64,000 nucleotides of DNA, taken from contig OY759316.1 in the NCBI GenBank assembly GCA_963662275.1, positions 1,568,001-1,632,000 of the forward strand, written 5' to 3'. This DNA comes from Candidatus Cloacimonadales bacterium (lineage in GTDB: Bacteria; Cloacimonadota; Cloacimonadia; Cloacimonadales; DAONDQ01). Both the position numbers and the translations under genes were made by a program. Of this stretch, positions 58,932 through 64,000 are shown piece by piece. The notes beneath the pieces are model-generated. The model saw only the letters and a program-made list of their open reading frames with translations. It had not been told where the DNA came from and did no database searches. Within the stretch, counting starts at the first letter, position 1. Every line of letters begins with the position of its first letter.

Positions 58932-60887
58932 ATGAAGAAAAAAATAGTACTGATTCTTTATGCATTAATTTTTTCAATAGGTTTGATGGCTCAGGTTGAT
59001 ACAGGTTATTTGATGTCCTGGGGTGGAATCGTCAGTACTTACCCAGGAAATAATATTGTTAAGATAGCTGCAGGGGGGTATAATAGTCTAGCATTAAAGA
59101 GCAACGGTAGATTATCGGCATGGGGATACAATTTCGATAATCAATGTAGTATTCCCAATGATAATTTGATTAAAATAGCAGCAGGATATTCACATTGTAT
59201 TGCCTTAAAATCAGATAATTCCCTAATAGCGTGGGGGAAAAATGAAACTGGGCAATGTAATGTTCCTTCCGGAAATAACTTCATATCCGTTGCAGCTGGG
59301 CTAGGGCACAGTATAGCGTTAAGATCAGATGGTTCTCTTGTACAATGGGGATCTTGGGATAGTAATGTGCCACTAGGTAATGATTTTGTAGAAATTGCAG
59401 CCAGTTGGAATTATAACCTTGCTTTGAAAACAGATGGTTCAATTGTAGCTTGGGGATATAACAATAATGTGCAGGATAATATACCCATGGGAAATGACTA
59501 TGTTGCGATTTCAGCTGGGCGATTTCAATGTCTTGCTCTTAAATCAGATGGTTCTCTTGTTGGATGGGGAGATAATTCATATGGTCAATCATACGTTCCA
59601 ACAGGTAACAATTTCATTGCAATTTCGTCAGGCGAGCAGTTTGATCTTGCTTTGAAATCGGATGGTTCATTGGTTGCTTGGGGAGAAAATCACTATGGAC
59701 AATGTAATGTCCCAACGGGTAATGGTTATATTTCTATAAGTTCTGGTTATTTTCATAGCTTGGCATTAAAGTCTGATGGTACAGTTGTGGCTTGGGGAAA
59801 TAATGATCAATGTCAATGCGATCTATTGTTTTCTAATGACAATAGATCAATTGTTAGCAGGGGTGCTCATAATCTTGCATTAAAATTAGATGGATCTCTT
59901 AAGGCAACTGGAGATAACTTTTACGGAGAAGCTGATGTTCCCCAGGGAAATGACTTCGTTTCAATCGCTGTTGGTGAAAGACATGATCTGGCTTTAAAAT
60001 CTGATGGGACAATTCTTGCATGGGGTTCTAATGTTAACGGAGTAAACAATGCTCCTTTGGGAAACACTTATTCAGCTATTGCTGCAGGATATTATCATAA
60101 TCTTGCTATAAAAACTGATGGATCGTTGATTGGCTGGGGAGACAACGGTGATGGAGAATGCGATGTACCTCCAGGAAACGACTTTACTGCCATTGCAGGA
60201 GGAAATTCATTCAGCTTAGCTCTTAGAATTGATGGTTCTATTACTGCTTGGGGTCTAAATGATAACAGCCAATGTAATTGTCCGTTTGGTAATGATTTTG
60301 TAGCTTTAGCAGCTGGGTACAATTTTAGTGTAGCATTAAAATCAGACGGTACTCTTACAGCATGGGGAAATAACGACGATGGTCAATGTAATGTCCCTAT
60401 TGGAGATGATTACATATCTATAACAGTGGGTGATTATCACTGTCTCGCTCTGAAAAGTGATGGGACTGTTATTGCATGGGGGAGAAATGATCATGGACAA
60501 TGTTCAGTGCCAGAAAGAAATGATTTTATAGCGATCTCTGCCGGAGGGTCATATTCTGCAGCTTTAGTTAGGAATTTGCCAGTTCTCAACAATGATGAAA
60601 CTCACATACCAATCATTTCCTCCAGGGTTAGTGCTTATCCCAATCCTTTTGTACAATCTCATATTCTGACAATAGAAGCAAATATTAAAACAAATGAGAG
60701 AGGAACTATATGTATCTATAATATCAAAGGGCAAAAAGTAAAATCGTTTGATGTTAATTCCATGCATTCAAAAGTAACCTGGAATGGTAGAAACGAGCGA
60801 AATCAGCCATATTCTTCTGGAATTTATGTGTATAAGCTGATAACTCCTTCATGCCATGAAACAAAGAAATTGGTCATAATGAAGTAA
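58932..60887 (+). CDS. Secreted RCC1/BLIP-II-repeat protein with CTD (tandem paralog)
   Basis: Same architecture; shares GYLMSWG start and LVRN.PV.N.D junction. Confidence 0.9.
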   Translation: MKKKIVLILYALIFSIGLMAQVDTGYLMSWGGIVSTYPGNNIVKIAAGGYNSLALKSNGRLSAWGYNFDNQCSIPNDNLIKIAAGYSHCIALKSDNSLIAWGKNETGQCNVPSGNNFISVAAGLGHSIALRSDGSLVQWGSWDSNVPLGNDFVEIAASWNYNLALKTDGSIVAWGYNNNVQDNIPMGNDYVAISAGRFQCLALKSDGSLVGWGDNSYGQSYVPTGNNFIAISSGEQFDLALKSDGSLVAWGENHYGQCNVPTGNGYISISSGYFHSLALKSDGTVVAWGNNDQCQCDLLFSNDNRSIVSRGAHNLALKLDGSLKATGDNFYGEADVPQGNDFVSIAVGERHDLALKSDGTILAWGSNVNGVNNAPLGNTYSAIAAGYYHNLAIKTDGSLIGWGDNGDGECDVPPGNDFTAIAGGNSFSLALRIDGSITAWGLNDNSQCNCPFGNDFVALAAGYNFSVALKSDGTLTAWGNNDDGQCNVPIGDDYISITVGDYHCLALKSDGTVIAWGRNDHGQCSVPERNDFIAISAGGSYSAALVRNLPVLNNDETHIPIISSRVSAYPNPFVQSHILTIEANIKTNERGTICIYNIKGQKVKSFDVNSMHSKVTWNGRNERNQPYSSGIYVYKLITPSCHETKKLVIMK

Positions 60888-61100
60888 AGATGTTCATCCT
60901 TCATTCCCCCTAGGACAAGGGAGATAAAAGGAAATTGTTGACAAGATTTTAATATTGTATGTATTCGCAATCTAGAGATGTGGATTTCAGCTATTTAGTG
61001 ATTGATATGAGTTGTTGTTTATTGTATATCAGTCAGTTAGTAAATACTGTTACACACAAGTCAAGATATGGAACATTAGTACATAAATAACTAGGAGGCT

Positions 61101-63326
61101 ATGATGAAGAAAACACTGCTTATCGTTTTCGCTATTCTTTTTTTAACCACAGTGGTTTTTGCTGAAACACTGCTGAAATCTCCCGCCCAATATCCTGTCC
61201 ATCATGAAAGAGGAACCAGGTTGGATGTACCAGTCTGGCAAGATACTTTTGAAGAGGGCAATATTGGTTGGACAACATCACCAACAACCGCATCTAATTT
61301 ATGGCATATTGCAGAAGCTGCTGATGCACCTTCACCTTCAAATGCCATGTTTTGTCAGAATGCCGCTGGTTCCTATAACACCAATATGACGAATTATTTG
61401 ATTTCTCCAGTCATAACTCTTCCAGAAACTGGAATTATCTTTGTTGATTTTCCAATGAAGGGAAGTTTCACAGATGCTGGGGGTTCATATCCCGCTATCG
61501 ATTACTGGAAATGGGAAGTAACACCTGATAATGGTACCCACTGGTATAATATGTATAATCCTTATGGTGATCCTACATTGCCTAATTACTATATGTCAGA
61601 ATGTCCCAGTGATTGGACATCTATTAGCGATTATTTTGGTTGGGACTTTCTCATCTCTGATTATGCAGGACTAAACGTAAAATTTAGAATCTTATTTAAA
61701 TCGGATTCAGACCTTCCTTCCGGTACTGGTATTGCCATAGATAATTTCACGATCTATAATACAATTTTCATTGCTCCTCCCACAAGCCTGGCTGCAACAG
61801 TTGCGAATCCAAATGTGGACTTGAATTGGACAGCCGCAGTTACTGGAGTAACACCTGAATATCTCACTTCAACGAATGAAGACTGGCGATACCTTGATGC
61901 TGCGTCAGAAGCATTTGCCATGAGAGTTACCAACCCTAACGATACGCCTACACAGTTGCATGGTATCAATTTCATGTTAGGTAGAGCTCATGGAGTACCA
62001 ATCGTTGGTTCACCATCCCTTCATGTATATACAGATAATGCTGGCACTCCTGGTGATGAAATATTTACCATGGATGGTATCACAGATATCCCGAATATGG
62101 AATGGAAAAGAGTTGATATTACTGGTGGAAATATTATGATTCCTGCAAGTGGCTCAGTATTTATAGGTATCAGCAATATTGATCCGGGTGATGATACCGA
62201 TTGGCAAGGAATTCGAGCTGATTCTTCGAGCACGGTTCATGATACTTATGTTTCCAATGTAGGTGTATGGTCTACTCTTTTCGAATATGCCCAAGGACAC
62301 GAATCCAATTGCGCTTTATCAGGTACTATTTATAATGTTGATCCTAATGCGCCAGTCCTAACAAACTATAAGGTCTATCGTTCACTGGAACCTACTGCGG
62401 GATTTGAATTAATTGGTACTGTTGATCCCACGATGGTAACTTATACGGATACGGCTGCACTTATTGGTCAAATCAGTTATTATAAAGTATCAGCTATGTA
62501 TGGTGATTATGAATCAGAATTTACAAATATTGTCGCTGCCAATTTGATTGAACTTCTGTACACTCAATTTCTATATGATGATGGAGAATCCGATACAACG
62601 TATGTAATTGGAGTCTCCAATTCGGTCGCTGTAAAATTTGTAACAAATCCTCCCATTGAGGATGGCGTTGAAATACATTATGCGAAAGTATATGTAACCG
62701 TAGTTGGAAGCGGTCAGCTAATTCTCAGGATTTGGGATAATGATGGAGTTGATGGTCTTCCTTTAACCCAGAAACTGCAATTTTCTACACCTGCAGCTAA
62801 TTTAACTGTTGGCTGGAATACAATAGGCTTCCCAGTATCCAACCTTGTTACAGATCTAGACGGAATATTCTATATTGGAAGTCTTGGATTTGCTGGAGCT
62901 ACACAACTCGGTCTTGATACCGATTCCACAAGCAGCAGTTTCAGAAGAGCAGGTACCGCCGGTGCTTGGGCACCAATTGCCAATGGTAACCTGATGATTC
63001 GTGCTTTAGTAAGCTTTGTTGTTGGTAATGATGATCAAGTTGCAACTAAACCTGCTTTGAGCATGAAGAATTATCCAAATCCATTCAACCCAACTACTGC
63101 AATCAATTTCTCTATTCCGAAAGCTGGACATGTTAGCCTGAATATTTACAATATTAAAGGACAGCTTGTTCGTTCTCTTGTGAATAATAGCTTAGCTGTT
63201 GGTTCACATAAGATAGTATGGGATGGAACGAATGATTTAGGTAATGGCGTTGTCAGTGGTGTTTATTTCGCTAAGCTGGATTCAGCAGGTAAAAAACTTA
63301 CGCAGAAAATGATTCTGCTTAAATAA
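61101..63326 (+). CDS. Secreted multidomain protein (MAM/immune-inhibitor-like, FnIII) with C-terminal sorting domain
   Basis: Signal peptide; DTFEEG..W, LISPVI, IDNF; YKVYRS..YTD..YYKVSAMY FnIII; NYPNPFNP CTD. Confidence 0.8.
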   Translation: MMKKTLLIVFAILFLTTVVFAETLLKSPAQYPVHHERGTRLDVPVWQDTFEEGNIGWTTSPTTASNLWHIAEAADAPSPSNAMFCQNAAGSYNTNMTNYLISPVITLPETGIIFVDFPMKGSFTDAGGSYPAIDYWKWEVTPDNGTHWYNMYNPYGDPTLPNYYMSECPSDWTSISDYFGWDFLISDYAGLNVKFRILFKSDSDLPSGTGIAIDNFTIYNTIFIAPPTSLAATVANPNVDLNWTAAVTGVTPEYLTSTNEDWRYLDAASEAFAMRVTNPNDTPTQLHGINFMLGRAHGVPIVGSPSLHVYTDNAGTPGDEIFTMDGITDIPNMEWKRVDITGGNIMIPASGSVFIGISNIDPGDDTDWQGIRADSSSTVHDTYVSNVGVWSTLFEYAQGHESNCALSGTIYNVDPNAPVLTNYKVYRSLEPTAGFELIGTVDPTMVTYTDTAALIGQISYYKVSAMYGDYESEFTNIVAANLIELLYTQFLYDDGESDTTYVIGVSNSVAVKFVTNPPIEDGVEIHYAKVYVTVVGSGQLILRIWDNDGVDGLPLTQKLQFSTPAANLTVGWNTIGFPVSNLVTDLDGIFYIGSLGFAGATQLGLDTDSTSSSFRRAGTAGAWAPIANGNLMIRALVSFVVGNDDQVATKPALSMKNYPNPFNPTTAINFSIPKAGHVSLNIYNIKGQLVRSLVNNSLAVGSHKIVWDGTNDLGNGVVSGVYFAKLDSAGKKLTQKMILLK

Positions 63327-63339
63327 TCTAACTACAATT

Positions 63340-63377
63340 AAAAGAGATACTGTCTAGGCAGTATCTCTTTTTTTTTA
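63340..63377 (+). terminator. Rho-independent terminator
   Basis: AAAAGAGATACTG-tctagg-CAGTATCTCTTTT plus T-tract. Confidence 0.85.
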
Positions 63378-63438
63378 CTTTGAACTTGACGCCTTCTTCT
63401 TGTCTTATCAAATGAAAACAAAGAATTTGAGGTAATCA

Positions 63439-64000
63439 ATGGAGCTAGAAAATAGGGATAATGTCTTTACTGTCAGTGAAGTGACGGCACATCTCAAAAA
63501 TATTATAGATAATTATATGCCAGCAGTCTATGTCGAAGGTGAAATATCTAATTTTACCAGGCATAGCTCGGGGCATTTGTATTTTAGCCTGAAAGATGAA
63601 AATGCAAGCATGCGTTGTGTCTTTTTTCGCAATTACCAGCTTCAAATGAATTTCTCACCGCAGGATGGCGATAAAGTTATCTGTCTTGGCAAAATAAGCA
63701 TCTATGAAAAAGGCGGACAATATCAACTGAATGTGCAAAGAATGATCTCCAGTGGGAAAGGAGATTTGCAGCGTAAATTTGAAGAGTTGAAGGAAAAACT
63801 CTCATCCAGGGGATTATTTGATCCTGCACATAAGAAACCGCTTCCATCTTATCCGGAAAGGATTGGTATCGTTACTTCTCCCACAGGAGCTGCATTCCAG
63901 GATATACGTAATATATTAACCAGACGTTATCCCTGCACCGTGTATTTATATCCGGCAACAGTTCAGGGTGATTCAGCAGCGAAAGAGATAATGAACGGTA
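63439..64000 (+). CDS. xseA: Exodeoxyribonuclease VII large subunit (partial, runs off window)
   Basis: Translates as MELENRDNVFTVSEVT..VEGEISNFTRHSSGHLYFSLKDE..IGIVTSPTGAAFQDI. Confidence 0.95.
   Translation, partial: MELENRDNVFTVSEVTAHLKNIIDNYMPAVYVEGEISNFTRHSSGHLYFSLKDENASMRCVFFRNYQLQMNFSPQDGDKVICLGKISIYEKGGQYQLNVQRMISSGKGDLQRKFEELKEKLSSRGLFDPAHKKPLPSYPERIGIVTSPTGAAFQDIRNILTRRYPCTVYLYPATVQGDSAAKEIMNG

Overview
This is a bacterial chromosomal window of low GC. It most likely comes from Candidatus Cloacimonadota; that is an inference from eight secreted proteins with a C-terminal YPNPF/FlgD-Ig (T9SS type-A-like) sorting domain, a C25 gingipain-like protein, a tungsten-type AOR and amino-acid fermentation genes. 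Core genes are gmk with a probable divergent rpoZ, gcvH, class I aldolase, hutI, tRNA-Pro(GGG), tRNA-Leu(TAG)-tig-clpP-clpX, AOR and a partial xseA. The region from about 1.5 to 21.9 kb is an accessory defence island. It holds a SNF2 helicase-DUF3883 / DUF3644 HEPN-like / DUF1156 methylase / DUF499 ATPase / PD-(D/E)XK nuclease operon, a RecQ-PRTase + DprA-like (RqlHI-like) pair behind a 37-codon hsdM stub, and two 152-aa paralogous orphan genes that share a conserved upstream promoter module. An XRE-ImmA/IrrE + PIN module sits at 35.6-37.3 kb. Intergenic DNA is unusually structured: in-phase heptamer arrays that overlap stop codons, 11-bp periodic elements, and several REP/REPIN-like palindrome families. 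No CRISPR array, integrase or intact transposase was seen. All family assignments come from motif recognition by eye, not from database searches.
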